Source of the DNA: an uncultured Planctomycetota bacterium | Lineage (GTDB): Bacteria > Planctomycetota > Phycisphaerae > Tepidisphaerales > Tepidisphaeraceae | Length of the DNA stretch: 64,000 nt | NCBI GenBank assembly: GCA_963841915.1 | Contig: CAWJEN010000003.1 | Span: 1-64,000 of the forward strand | Direction: 5' to 3' | Made by a program: the position numbers and the translations under genes | Notes under the pieces: model-generated | Seen by the model: only the letters and a program-made list of their open reading frames with translations | Told to the model about the DNA's origin: nothing | The model's database searches: none | Shown: in pieces, positions 19,927 through 30,123 of the stretch | How the letters are laid out: every line of letters starts with the position of its first letter | How positions within the stretch are numbered: position 1 is the stretch's first letter

Positions 19927-20850
19927 ATGCCAAGCAACAACTACATTCTGTGCCCCGGACAAGGTGCCCAATCGGTCGGCATGGGCCGTGACTACAGCGA
20001 CGCTCATCCCGAGGCCAAGGCCGTCTACGACGAAGCGAGCGACGTCTTGGGCGTTGACCTTGCCGGCTACTGCTTCGACGGACCCGAGGACGAACTGAAT
20101 CAAACCGACATCGCCCAGCCGGCGATCTTTGCCACCAGCGTCGCCTGCTACCGCGCGGCCAAGGCGGCGGGCAAGCTGCCGGACACCGTGGCCGGGTTTG
20201 CAGGTCTAAGCCTCGGTGAGTACACGGCGTTGCACCTTGCCGGATGCTTCGATTTTGCCACCGGGCTCAGACTCGTTCAGGCCCGCGGCCGGTACATGCA
20301 AGAGGCGGCCATCTCGATGCCGGGCGGCATGGTCAGCCTCATCGGGGCCGATGAGCAGCAGGCGGCCGACCTGTGCGAGCAGGCGGGTCACGGGCACATA
20401 CTCGTGCCTGCCAACTACAACTGCCCCGGTCAGATTGTGTGCAGCGGTGCAAAGCCTGCCGTCGATCGACTGGTCGAGATCGCCTCGGACAACAAGCTGC
20501 GTGCGGTGAAGCTGGCCGTTGCCGGCGCGTTTCACTCGCCGCTGATGGCCCCGGCCGCCGATCGGCTGGAGGAGGATCTCGAGCAGATCGACATGGCCGC
20601 GCCTGGTACGCCGGTGTGGGCCAACGTCACCGCCGAGCCGCACGGCGGCGACGTGGCCGAGATCAAGAAGCTTCTCGTCAAGCAAGTCGTCGAGCCAGTC
20701 CGCTGGCAGCAGACGATCGAGAAGCTCGTCGCGAGTGACAACCCGACATTCGTGGAGCTTGCTCCCGGTCGCGTGCTGGCGGGGCTTCTCAAGAAGGTCG
20801 AACGCCGGGCCGACATGACGAACCTGCAGGCGGCCGACGCGATTGCCTGA
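19927..20850 (+). CDS. fabD: Malonyl CoA-ACP transacylase
   Basis: PGQGAQ, QPAIF, GLSLGEY, AGAFHS, PVRWQQT. Confidence 0.95.
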   Translation: MPSNNYILCPGQGAQSVGMGRDYSDAHPEAKAVYDEASDVLGVDLAGYCFDGPEDELNQTDIAQPAIFATSVACYRAAKAAGKLPDTVAGFAGLSLGEYTALHLAGCFDFATGLRLVQARGRYMQEAAISMPGGMVSLIGADEQQAADLCEQAGHGHILVPANYNCPGQIVCSGAKPAVDRLVEIASDNKLRAVKLAVAGAFHSPLMAPAADRLEEDLEQIDMAAPGTPVWANVTAEPHGGDVAEIKKLLVKQVVEPVRWQQTIEKLVASDNPTFVELAPGRVLAGLLKKVERRADMTNLQAADAIA

Positions 20851-20851
20851 G

Positions 20852-21361
20852 CTACCGCAGCTTGGTCAGCAAGCCGTCCAGCAGCGACCACGCGATCGTC
20901 AGCAGGACGGCCGTCGGCCCGACCACCGCCACGAACGGCATCGGTTGGTCGTCCAGCGCCGGGCCTGCAAACATCAACAGCAGGCCCAGGGTCGCTATAA
21001 GGCCGGCGACGCGTGGGCTGCGAAGCGACAGCATTGCCGTTGCCAACAGCAACGCACTGGCCCCTGCGGCAGGCATGAGCAGCCGTTCGCTCGTTAGATG
21101 TGCAAATGACGACGCCGTCTCTGCCGGGGCTGCTGCGGTCAGCGTTATCATCATCGGGCCGATGACGGTTGCCTGCAGCAGCATGAGCAGTCCGCAGTGC
21201 ATGAGCCGCTTGGACATTCGCTTGGCCGCCGCAACGTCTGCCAGGGCCGCCCGAAGCGGCTCGCCAGGTGCATAGCGGGCCCAATCTGCCGTGCCGTCCA
21301 ACGCAGCGGCGAGAAGGTGACGGTGACTGGCGGTCTCAAAAGCTTGGGCCTTCACATCCAT
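20852..21361 (-). CDS. Hypothetical membrane protein
   Basis: About four hydrophobic segments; no family recognised. Confidence 0.55.
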   Translation of the reverse strand: MDVKAQAFETASHRHLLAAALDGTADWARYAPGEPLRAALADVAAAKRMSKRLMHCGLLMLLQATVIGPMMITLTAAAPAETASSFAHLTSERLLMPAAGASALLLATAMLSLRSPRVAGLIATLGLLLMFAGPALDDQPMPFVAVVGPTAVLLTIAWSLLDGLLTKLR

Positions 21362-21420
21362 ATGTGAACTGTGCCACACTTATGGAAATCAGGCGGTGCT
21401 TTTTCAAGTCCGATAGTCGT

Positions 21421-22293
21421 TCAGGCCACCAACTTGCCGCGAACGATGGTCACCGCACGACCGCCCAGGTGGACGCGGTCGCCCCGAAGCACGCACCGCA
21501 AGCTGCCGCCACGGGGGCTGGCTTGGCGGCAATGGATGGTCTCACCGTCGCCCCGGCCCAACTCTCGGGCGAAATACGGAGCAACCGTGCAGTGGGCACT
21601 ACCCGTTACTGGATCTTCATCAATGCCGTACGCCGGGTAGAAGCATCGGCTGACGACGTCTGCCTCACCATCGTCGCGTGCGCTGAGGATCACACCGCGG
21701 GCATGGCTGCCGCGAGTCAGTTCATCGAGTCGGCGAAACTCGGGCCGAGCCTGTCGGACGGCATCTGCGTCGGGCAGCTCGATGAAGTAGTCGAAGTAGT
21801 CATTGTCGCTCCCGTCGTCGACGCCGTCCGGCGGTCGGCTGCGACCCGTGAAGCTGAACGGCCCGCAATTGACCGCCGACAACATGCCGTCCGGTAGGGC
21901 CGTTCCCACGGGCGGCGTTGCGGGAAGATCGAGCCAGAAACCCTTCCAATCAGCGTCCGGCGCGGCACGCAGCACGCCCGAGCGTGTCTCGAACGACAAC
22001 GGTTCGTGCAAGCTCACACGACCCGCGTCGTACAACGCGTGTGCGGCAGCAAGCGTCGCATGGCCGCACAGGTCCACCTCGCGCTCCGGCGTAAACCAGC
22101 GTAAGGCAAAGGTACCCGTCGCCTCGGTCGGCAGGGTCACAAAGGCGGTCTCCGACAAATTCATCTCGCCGGCAACAGCCAGCAGCAGTGTGTCCGACGG
22201 CTCGTCGTCTGGCTCGAGCAGCACGACGGCCGCCGGATTGCCCGAGTAGGGCTGATCGGCAAAGGCGTCGACGATAAAGAGCGGGCGATTCAT
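21421..22293 (-). CDS. PhzF family isomerase
   Basis: VDAF...GNPAAV, EMNLSETAF, RWFTP.EVDLCGHATLA, EDPVTGSAH. Confidence 0.93.
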   Translation of the reverse strand: MNRPLFIVDAFADQPYSGNPAAVVLLEPDDEPSDTLLLAVAGEMNLSETAFVTLPTEATGTFALRWFTPEREVDLCGHATLAAAHALYDAGRVSLHEPLSFETRSGVLRAAPDADWKGFWLDLPATPPVGTALPDGMLSAVNCGPFSFTGRSRPPDGVDDGSDNDYFDYFIELPDADAVRQARPEFRRLDELTRGSHARGVILSARDDGEADVVSRCFYPAYGIDEDPVTGSAHCTVAPYFARELGRGDGETIHCRQASPRGGSLRCVLRGDRVHLGGRAVTIVRGKLVA

Positions 22294-23252
22294 GATGTGC
22301 TGACGCCGGGCAGGGTATCGACCTGCACGACCATTCGCTGATCCTGACGTATAAACCGACACCTGACGCCGACAGCGCGACTCGCGGCCTCTGCAATTTG
22401 CGAGAGGCGGTCGTCGCTCCCGGCCACCGTGATGAACCTGCCGCCGCACGCCAACGCCATCGGGACGATCAATCGGCGTGCGAGTCGTCGCTGCACCGCC
22501 ACGCCCGCGTCGATCCAGCCGGCTGTACGGTTGGCCGCCGCTTCGGCGACCGCGGCTGGAGAATCACCCGGCCGCGCGACCTGCGTGAAGACCGCCTCAC
22601 CATCGGTGCAGATCGCCCGGACCGTCACCGCGTTCCCCTCGCCGGTCGCATCTTCGGCCTCGCGAACCGTTACCGCCGGAAGCGGCCAGCCCGTCGTCCG
22701 CAATTGCTGTCGCAGGGCACGCAACTGCTCGCTGGCCACGTCAAATGGCACACGCGGCGTCACCACGACTTCGCACCTAGCCGACACCAGGCGACCCGCA
22801 TGCACCCACGACAGGGCCGGCCGCGACGCCACATCAACAGGCCGTACGTGCACAGAAATTTTGCCGTTGTCGCTCGATGTAAAGCCTGTTTGCGAGAGAT
22901 AGAACCCGACATCAAAGCCCAGCCGCCGAAGCGCCGGTTGGAGCGCGTGCCGGTAAAACGGAAACGACGCCGCCGTCGCGTCGTGCGTGACACCAACGAT
23001 GTCGAGCTGAAGCCGTCGCTTCGTGGTGAGCAGCAGCGGGAGCAGTGCGTCGATAACGTTGCCGCACGCGACGTTCGGCAATGCTTCCAGCAGGACGGTG
23101 GCCGTTTCGGGTCGGTCCGCAGCCAATGCATCGCTCACCCGCCTGGCCGCGGCAAAGAGCTTGGCCGCCCGCGCCTTGTCGTCATCCAGGCTCAACAGCG
23201 CGACCGTCAGATCGCGACCGGCTGCAAGTTGCTGGACGTCCGACACAGACAT
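22290..23252 (-). CDS. RNA 3'-terminal phosphate cyclase (RtcA)-like protein, divergent
   Basis: GVTH, L.P.LRRLG, GF...G.G.I, GEGNAV, AEAA...W..AGVAV..LA..L..PMALA.GG.F align by eye with RtcA; catalytic motifs look eroded. Confidence 0.7.
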   Translation of the reverse strand: MSVSDVQQLAAGRDLTVALLSLDDDKARAAKLFAAARRVSDALAADRPETATVLLEALPNVACGNVIDALLPLLLTTKRRLQLDIVGVTHDATAASFPFYRHALQPALRRLGFDVGFYLSQTGFTSSDNGKISVHVRPVDVASRPALSWVHAGRLVSARCEVVVTPRVPFDVASEQLRALRQQLRTTGWPLPAVTVREAEDATGEGNAVTVRAICTDGEAVFTQVARPGDSPAAVAEAAANRTAGWIDAGVAVQRRLARRLIVPMALACGGRFITVAGSDDRLSQIAEAASRAVGVRCRFIRQDQRMVVQVDTLPGVSTS

Positions 23253-23286
23253 GCCAACAGGATAAGCAACCGGCCGGCCCGACGCA

Positions 23287-24894
23287 TCAGCCTGCTGCCG
23301 TCTCGTTGTCGTGGAGCAGGTGGTACTCGTAGCCGTCGATGAGCGCCTCCCAGGAGGCGTTGATGACGTTTTCGTCGACGCCGACAGTGCCGAAGTAATG
23401 GGCGTTGCCCTCAGCATCATGGCGTCGGAACTCGATGACGACGCGCACCTTAGCCGCAGTCGCCGCGGCGGAGTTGACGACGCGCACCTTGTAATCGACG
23501 AGCTGCACGTCGTCGATGATCGGGTAGTGGGGCGACAACGCCTTGCGAAGCGCCGCGTCGAGGGCGTCGACCGGGCCGTCACCTTCGGCCACAGTGTGCT
23601 CTGCGGTGCCGTCGACGGTCAGCTTGCACGTCGCCTCTGCGGTCGATTTGGCCTCGTCCCCGCCGCGGAGGATGACGCAGCGGTAGTGGTCTAATTCGAA
23701 GTAGTCTTTCCTTTTGCCGATCTCGCGGCGGAACAGCAGCTCGAAACTTGCCTCTGCCGCCTCGAAGACAAAGCCCTCGTTCTCCAGGTCTTGCACACGC
23801 GTCAGCACACGGCGTTGCAACTCGCGGTCACCTTCGACACCGAACTGGCGGCCGACCTTCTCGGCGATGTTGCTCGCGCCGCTGAGCTCGCTGACGAGGA
23901 CGCGGCGGGCGTTACCGACGAGGGCCGGATCGATGTGCTCGTACGTGCCGGCATGCTTGCGGATGGCGTGGACGTGCATGCCGCCTTTGTGGGCGAAAGC
24001 CGACGGCCCGACGTACGGCTGGCCGGGCCGCAGGTTCATGTTGGCTGTCTCGTAGACGAATCGGCTGACATCCGTCAGCTTACCGAGGCCGCCGTCTGTC
24101 AGTGCTTCGTACGCACCGTCGTACTTGAGCAGGAGCGAGGCAACGAGCGGCAACAGGTCCATGTTGCCGCACCGCTCACCAACGCCGTTGATGGTGCCCT
24201 GGACCTGCGTCGCGCCCGCTTCGACGGCGGCAAGTGCGTTGGCAAGGGCAACGCCTCCGTCGTCGTGCGTGTGGATACCGACGCCGACGTGTTTCGGCAT
24301 CATCTTGCGTGCCCGACGCGTTGCCTCGGCGACCAGCGTGGGCAGCGTGCCGCCGTTGGTGTCGCACAAGCAGACAACCTTTGCCCCCGCATCGGCGGCG
24401 GCTTGGAGCGTCGACAGCGAGTGCTCGGCGTCCTCGGCAAAGGCGTCGAAGAAGTGCTCTGCGTCGTAGATGACATCGCGACCCCTCTCGGCGATGTGCC
24501 CGACCGTGTCGGCGATCATGTCCCGGTTCTCCGACGCCTCCACGCCCAGCACGGTCTCGAGCTGGAACCGACTGCTCTTGCCGACGATCGTGACGATCGG
24601 CGTCTCGGCCGACAGCAGCGAGGTAGTGCCCGGATCGTCGGTCACCTTCGTGCCGCGACGCCTCGTCATGCCAAAGGCGGCAATGCGGGCGTGCTTGAGC
24701 CCCAGCGTCTTGACCTCGTCGAAGAAGGCAGCGTCCTTCGGATTCGACTGCGGAAAGCCACCCTCGATGGCATCGACGCCAAGGTCGTCGAGCTTTTCGG
24801 CGACGGCTAGCTTGTCGTGCAGGCTGAGGTTGAAGCCCTCGCCCTGCGTGCCGTCGCGCAGCGTGGTGTCGTAGATGTTGATGCGCGTGGGCAT
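23287..24894 (-). CDS. cimA: Citramalate synthase
   Basis: YDTTLRDGTQGEG, EGGFP.SNPKD, DAEHFFD, CDTNGG, GERCGN, SAFAHKGGMHV, DYKVRVV. Confidence 0.92.
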   Translation of the reverse strand: MPTRINIYDTTLRDGTQGEGFNLSLHDKLAVAEKLDDLGVDAIEGGFPQSNPKDAAFFDEVKTLGLKHARIAAFGMTRRRGTKVTDDPGTTSLLSAETPIVTIVGKSSRFQLETVLGVEASENRDMIADTVGHIAERGRDVIYDAEHFFDAFAEDAEHSLSTLQAAADAGAKVVCLCDTNGGTLPTLVAEATRRARKMMPKHVGVGIHTHDDGGVALANALAAVEAGATQVQGTINGVGERCGNMDLLPLVASLLLKYDGAYEALTDGGLGKLTDVSRFVYETANMNLRPGQPYVGPSAFAHKGGMHVHAIRKHAGTYEHIDPALVGNARRVLVSELSGASNIAEKVGRQFGVEGDRELQRRVLTRVQDLENEGFVFEAAEASFELLFRREIGKRKDYFELDHYRCVILRGGDEAKSTAEATCKLTVDGTAEHTVAEGDGPVDALDAALRKALSPHYPIIDDVQLVDYKVRVVNSAAATAAKVRVVIEFRRHDAEGNAHYFGTVGVDENVINASWEALIDGYEYHLLHDNETAAG

Positions 24895-24920
24895 TGGTCG
24901 TGGTGGAGCAGAAACAATGA

Positions 24921-24946
24921 ACGCCCCGCCGGATCGGGCGGGGCGT
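24921..24946 (-). terminator. GC-rich hairpin, probable intrinsic terminator of the upstream small ORF
   Basis: acgccccgcc-ggatcg-ggcggggcgt 10-bp stem followed on the minus strand by tcattgtttc. Confidence 0.55.
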
Positions 24947-24979
24947 CTGGTTGATCGTGATTCGATGCCGAAGACTGCC

Positions 24980-25192
24980 TCACCCGTCGCGGGCGATGTC
25001 AATGGAAGCGTCAATGAAGATCGCGGGAGCGGCGGTCAAGGCAGGCGACGTTACAGCGGCAGAGGCGTCAACGTCAATGCTGACGGGCGAACTGCCCATT
25101 CCGAGGAACGGCAGCGCCAGGACCGACGGCACGATCGCCATCGTGAAGGTCACCGCGAGAAACTTCAACGAGGACTTGGCGTCGCGAGACAT
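24980..25192 (-). CDS. Small hypothetical membrane or secreted protein
   Basis: 70-aa ORF with a hydrophobic N-terminal helix and coding-like codon bias, followed by a hairpin. Confidence 0.5.
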   Translation of the reverse strand: MSRDAKSSLKFLAVTFTMAIVPSVLALPFLGMGSSPVSIDVDASAAVTSPALTAAPAIFIDASIDIARDG

Positions 25193-25276
25193 GTGAGTGT
25201 TATCGGTCGAGGGCGGCTCGTGGCTGCAGCGGCTTGGCCCAGCGATACGCGGTAGCGGCCCGGGCGGTTCACGCCG

Positions 25277-26866
25277 TCACGCCACGGGGCAGGATGCCGC
25301 GCCCAGCAGCGTCAAGCCGAGCTGTGCCAACACTGCCATGAGCGCCGCCGGCACCGCGCCGAGCAGGAGCCAGACGTTGTCGTTGAGCCGGATGCCCTTG
25401 AAGATCGGGTCGCCGTACCCGCCCGCGGCGACGAACGCACCCAACGTCGCAAAGCCGATGGCGATGACCGTGCTCGTTTTGATGCCCGTCAGGATCGACG
25501 GCATGGCCAACGGCAGCTCGACGCGGAGCAGCCGCTTCCACGGCGACAGGCTGATGGCGTCGGCCGACTCGATGAGCGCCCGCGGGATGCCGAGCAGGCC
25601 CGCCTGCGTGTTGGCGACGATCGGCAGGAGCAGGTAGAGGAACAATGCGATGACGGTGGGCCAGAAGCCGATCGCGGTCAGGCCCAGCAACGCCAGCAGC
25701 GGAATCATGAACGCCAGCAACGCCAGCGACGGGATCGTCTGAAGGATCCCGACAAACGGCAGCACAAGGCGGCCGACCATGCGATCCTTCGCCGCCCAAA
25801 GCCCCAACGGCACCCCGACAAGCACCGCGGCAACGACGCTCGTCAGCACCAGGCCGAGGTGTTCGAGCGTCGCCTTCCACAAGCTGTCGCGGCGGTCCCA
25901 GGCGACCTGCCACCACGGCCGCGTTTCTTCAACCCGGTCGATGTCGGTGCCTTCGTAGGCGGCCGAGAGAAGCGCCCGCGCCACCTCGGCCGGTGGCCGC
26001 TTGTCGATCGCCGCGAGCTTATTGGCCGCGATCATCATCGGGGCCGGGATCATCCCTTCGAGAGACCGCCACGCAGCGACGACATCAGGCCGCCGCGTCG
26101 CAAGATCGGCACGGAACAGGATGACGCAGTCGTACCGCGGGAAAAAGGCCTCGTCGTCCGCGAGGCTGCGCAGGTTGTACGCGCTGATCTCGGCATCGGT
26201 GCCGTAGAGGTCGGTAACGTCTGCTTCGTCACTCGACAGGGCACGGAAGGCCAAGGAATGCTCGATGCCGCGGACGTCTGCCTGCGGTAGGTTGTAAAAC
26301 GCCCGCAGGCCAGGCCAGCCGTCGCTGCGGTCCATCCACTCGTTGCTGAAGCGCAGTCGAAGGTCAGGATGGTCGCGGAGGTCGCTGATCGTCGAGATGC
26401 CCAGTTCAGCCGCCTGCGCTTCTGGCATGCCGATGACGTAGCCGTTGTTGAAGCCGAGCGACGCGGACATGAAAATGCCGCGCCGCCGAAGCGAGCGGCG
26501 GAGCTCATCAAGATCCTGTAGATCCTCATTTGCCAGAAGTTCCCGGAGCAGGGTGCCGGTGTATTCGGGGTAGGCGTCGATCGCGCCTGCTTCGAGTGCC
26601 GCGATGAGCAAACCGCTGCCGCCCATTTCTGCCTTGTGCTCTGCGTCGACGCCTGCGTCACGGGCCAAAGCCGTAAGTGTTTCACCGAGGACGACGCTCT
26701 CGGTAAAGCCTTTGCTGCCGACGATAACCGGATCGTCAGGCCCTTTGGCAGCGGTCAGCGACACCAGCGTCAAGACGGCAACAACGAAAGACCGTGTCAC
26801 GATTGACAGATGGAAGCGTTGACCGGACATGCTCGACGTACTTGATAAAGAGCGGGCGAAACTCAC
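25277..26866 (-). CDS. Glycine betaine/osmoprotectant ABC transporter, fused substrate-binding and permease protein
   Basis: IVGSKGFTES, YPEYTGT, FFPRYD, QTIPSLAL, ELPLA.PSIL.G, AGGYGD; start overlaps the ATPase stop. Confidence 0.92.
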   Translation of the reverse strand: MSFARSLSSTSSMSGQRFHLSIVTRSFVVAVLTLVSLTAAKGPDDPVIVGSKGFTESVVLGETLTALARDAGVDAEHKAEMGGSGLLIAALEAGAIDAYPEYTGTLLRELLANEDLQDLDELRRSLRRRGIFMSASLGFNNGYVIGMPEAQAAELGISTISDLRDHPDLRLRFSNEWMDRSDGWPGLRAFYNLPQADVRGIEHSLAFRALSSDEADVTDLYGTDAEISAYNLRSLADDEAFFPRYDCVILFRADLATRRPDVVAAWRSLEGMIPAPMMIAANKLAAIDKRPPAEVARALLSAAYEGTDIDRVEETRPWWQVAWDRRDSLWKATLEHLGLVLTSVVAAVLVGVPLGLWAAKDRMVGRLVLPFVGILQTIPSLALLAFMIPLLALLGLTAIGFWPTVIALFLYLLLPIVANTQAGLLGIPRALIESADAISLSPWKRLLRVELPLAMPSILTGIKTSTVIAIGFATLGAFVAAGGYGDPIFKGIRLNDNVWLLLGAVPAALMAVLAQLGLTLLGAASCPVA

Positions 26867-27612
26867 GCGGCGTGGCCCCGCTGGGCGGTGACGAACTTTT
26901 CGACAAATGGGTCACTCGTGTCACGGGTGATGGCGTCCATCGATCCCTTGGCCACGACACGGCCGTCCCGCATGAGCGCGACCTCGTCGCCGAAATAGCC
27001 TGCTTCGGCAAGGTCGTGCGTGACCATGACGACCGTCTTGCCGACCTGCTCGAAGATGCGTCTCAAATCGGTTTGCAGGTCGTAGCGGATCATCGGGTCC
27101 AGTGCGCCGAGCGGCTCATCCATGAGCAGCACGTCGGGGTCAAGGACCAATGCCCGCATGAGCGCGATGCGCTGCCGTTGCCCGCCCGAAAGCTCGCCCG
27201 GCAGGCGGTCCAAGGCGTCTGCCGGGAAGTCGGTGAGCTTGACGAGCTCGTCGACCCGCGCGTGCAAGGCGTCGCCCGTCAGCTTGCCCGCCGCTGGGCC
27301 GTCGCGGGCGGGCAGGTGAATGTTGCGTCGGGCCGTAAGGTGCGGGAACAGCCCACCATCCTGGATGACGTAGCCGATCCCGCCGCGGACGGAGCGAACG
27401 CTTGTTGGCGTCATCGCAATGCCGTTGATCTCGATCACGCCCAAATCGGGTTCGATGAGGCCGATCATGAGGCGGAGCAGCGTTGACTTGCCGCAACCGC
27501 TCGGGCCGATGAGGGCGACGGTCGTGCCTGCTTCCACCTGGAGCGACACGTCGTCCACCGCCGGGGCGGCGGTGCCGGGAAAGGTTTTGCTGACGCCGAC
27601 GACTTGAATCAC
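26863..27612 (-). CDS. Osmoprotectant ABC transporter ATP-binding protein
   Basis: GPSGCGKST, YVIQDGGLFPH, LSGGQRQR, LMDEPLGALD, VTHD. Confidence 0.93.
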   Translation of the reverse strand: MIQVVGVSKTFPGTAAPAVDDVSLQVEAGTTVALIGPSGCGKSTLLRLMIGLIEPDLGVIEINGIAMTPTSVRSVRGGIGYVIQDGGLFPHLTARRNIHLPARDGPAAGKLTGDALHARVDELVKLTDFPADALDRLPGELSGGQRQRIALMRALVLDPDVLLMDEPLGALDPMIRYDLQTDLRRIFEQVGKTVVMVTHDLAEAGYFGDEVALMRDGRVVAKGSMDAITRDTSDPFVEKFVTAQRGHAA

Positions 27613-27638
27613 GGGAGCGAGCTTAGCGGCCGATGCCT

Positions 27639-30044
27639 TTACTTCCGCTCGGCGGCGTAGAGCAGGGCTGCGGCAGTTAGGCGTGTGGCGTCCTCGGGCG
27701 CATACCCGACGATGCCGCTGGTGTTCGTGCCGACGAGGCCGCTCGACAGGTCTTCCCACGAAGCGATAACGCCCAGACGGTTCTCGAAGCTGATGCCCCG
27801 AATCCGCGGCCGCCGTTCACCGCCGAGCGTGCGCCGGGCGAACAGGCGGAAGTCGACCTGATCGATCGCCTGCCCCATTGCCTTGTACAGCGGGTGATTG
27901 AGCTCGAGCGGATTGGCCAGCTCTTCAGCTTCTTTGCCGAGCGCCTCACGCAGCATCTGCTCGGCCGAGCCGGCAAATTTGGCGTCACCACCCGCCGCAT
28001 CGACGAGCAACGTGCCGCCGTTTTTGACGTACGTCGCTAAGGCTGTCGATGCGTCACCGCCGAGCTTCAGCGTGTCGACGCCCGTCAGGTGCAACACGTC
28101 GTAATCGGCCAGCTGTGCCGAGGCCGCGTCGACCGGCTCGACCGTCACCTTGGCCTTGTAGTCGTTGTTCATGACGGCGACCAGACGGTCCCAGCCGGCC
28201 GGCTCGGGGTTCCAGTTGCCCTCGTGCGTCACGCGGCCGACGCGGATGGACTTGGTCGTCTTCACCGCCGAGTTGGCCTCGACCAGCGGCGTGTCACCGC
28301 GAGGCCGCTGGTCCCGGCTGTCGAGGGCGTACATGTACAGGTTTGTACCGATGTGGAATGGCTCCTCGCGAGACGTGTTGCGGGTCTGCCAGTTCTCGCC
28401 CGGATCGTCCTGCGTGACGACGATGAGCTCCCGCACGCCGTTCGACAGCCCCATCAACGGCGGCAGGCGACGGCTTTGGGCCATGTTGAACTTCTGAGCC
28501 GTGTAAATCGGGTGATTCTCCGGCAGCACCCGGAAGCTGTAGCCCTCGTCGGCAAAAAGCTCATTGCCGAAGTCGGTCACTTGCTTGAGGAACTTGCGAT
28601 CGGTGCAGTCAGGGTTGATTACGAGCATGCCACCGGTCAGCAGGTACTGTTTAATCACTTCCTTGTCCTGGTCTCGCAGGGCAAGCTGTCCGCCACCCGA
28701 CAGGTAGGCGATCGGAGAATCGTGCAGCTCCCGCACGGCATCCTGTGTCGACTCGACCGCACCGAAGCGGAAGATCTGCCAGTTCACCTTCCGCTCGTCT
28801 GACCGCTCGATGTAGTCGACGAGGTTGGCGACGTCTCGCGACCGCTGATTCCAGGCACTTGCCCGCAAATTCGTGCCATCGGCGTACGCGAGTTTGGTCA
28901 CGGCCGCCGGTTGCCTGCCATTGACCAGAAACAGCAATGAAAAGGCAGTGTTCTGGATGTTCCCCCAGCTGCCGTTGGGCTGCTGCTTGTCGAGCAGGAA
29001 GCGAGCCCCATCCTGATACCAGTCGACGTCGCCAAGGTACTTGTACCCGCTGGCGACGCCGACCCGCTCGATGCCGTAGAGCGTGTAGTACTCCTGGCGG
29101 CCGACGTTGGCCTTGCGGGCGAGCAGCTCGTCCTTCGTCGTCTTGTGTCCGAGCATGTAGGGCAGTGCGTCGGCGATGTAGGCGATGCCCCTGTCGATGG
29201 CCGGATTAATTTGATTGCCGTTGCAGCCCGGGCCGCTCCGCAGGTAGTCCTGCGTGATGAACAGCGACGCCACGCCCGCCGTGGCCAGTGCCAGCGTGCC
29301 GGGCTTGTCTTCTTTGATGACACCCGCGTACGCCCACGAACCATCGGGTAACTGCCAGCGGATCCACGCCTGCTCCATCGCGTTCCAAAACGCCGGCGGC
29401 ACCTCGGCACCGTACCGCGCCGCCGCCCATAGTCCGAGAACGCCGTACTGACTCACGCTCGTGTCGATTCGGCCCGTCTCGTTAGCCAGGTAGTCGAAGA
29501 AGCCGACATTCTTATCCGGCAAGTTCCGTTGTCTTCGTGTGGCCTCGTCATCGCCCTGGACAGCGTCGAGAAGCAACTGATACTCCCGACGCATCGCCTG
29601 CTGATACTCCGGCCGGGGTGGCAGGTTGAGCCAGACCTGGCTCTGCATGCCCAGCGCATAGACCCCGCGCAGTTGCGTGTTCCCGAGGAAGTTGATCGCT
29701 TGCTCAAGTTCCTTGTGCTCGTTCGGCGAAGTACCGGCGGCAAGCAGGGCGTACGTCGCAAGCGCCGTCTGCCCGCCCCATTGCCCGCCTTCGATCCCGT
29801 GCCCGACCTTCGGATCGACCTGACTCAGCGGGACCTGCTCCCAATTGAGTGCCGGCTTGTGCATCCGAAGCAACGCCGTCACGCCACGGTCGATCGCACG
29901 GTCGACCTCTGCAGCCGTCGGTGGTTGACGATCCTGCTGAGCCGACGCCGGACTCACAAGCAGCATCGACGCAAGGAGCAGCGACAACGAAACGATCCTG
30001 TTCCGCGTACGACAGGACAACAGCAAAGAGCAGATCGTATTCAT
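27639..30044 (-). CDS. Secreted DUF4159-type protein with N-terminal prenyltransferase/squalene-cyclase-like repeats
   Basis: Signal peptide; Q.PDGSW.Y and QQPNGSW repeats, YTLYGIERVG; two C-terminal domains with YL..GG.L and HP.Y motifs. Confidence 0.75.
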   Translation of the reverse strand: MNTICSLLLSCRTRNRIVSLSLLLASMLLVSPASAQQDRQPPTAAEVDRAIDRGVTALLRMHKPALNWEQVPLSQVDPKVGHGIEGGQWGGQTALATYALLAAGTSPNEHKELEQAINFLGNTQLRGVYALGMQSQVWLNLPPRPEYQQAMRREYQLLLDAVQGDDEATRRQRNLPDKNVGFFDYLANETGRIDTSVSQYGVLGLWAAARYGAEVPPAFWNAMEQAWIRWQLPDGSWAYAGVIKEDKPGTLALATAGVASLFITQDYLRSGPGCNGNQINPAIDRGIAYIADALPYMLGHKTTKDELLARKANVGRQEYYTLYGIERVGVASGYKYLGDVDWYQDGARFLLDKQQPNGSWGNIQNTAFSLLFLVNGRQPAAVTKLAYADGTNLRASAWNQRSRDVANLVDYIERSDERKVNWQIFRFGAVESTQDAVRELHDSPIAYLSGGGQLALRDQDKEVIKQYLLTGGMLVINPDCTDRKFLKQVTDFGNELFADEGYSFRVLPENHPIYTAQKFNMAQSRRLPPLMGLSNGVRELIVVTQDDPGENWQTRNTSREEPFHIGTNLYMYALDSRDQRPRGDTPLVEANSAVKTTKSIRVGRVTHEGNWNPEPAGWDRLVAVMNNDYKAKVTVEPVDAASAQLADYDVLHLTGVDTLKLGGDASTALATYVKNGGTLLVDAAGGDAKFAGSAEQMLREALGKEAEELANPLELNHPLYKAMGQAIDQVDFRLFARRTLGGERRPRIRGISFENRLGVIASWEDLSSGLVGTNTSGIVGYAPEDATRLTAAALLYAAERK

Positions 30045-30123
30045 GGGGAATTGCAGCCGCATCGGTCGATCGGCCTCTCCACAGCTTAACACGCTCCACA
30101 CGCGATTGTCGCGGCAACGCCTC

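Noticed and set aside
24895..25014. Ile/Leu attenuator leader upstream of cimA
   Set aside because: A hairpin is present but there is no short leader peptide with tandem regulatory codons
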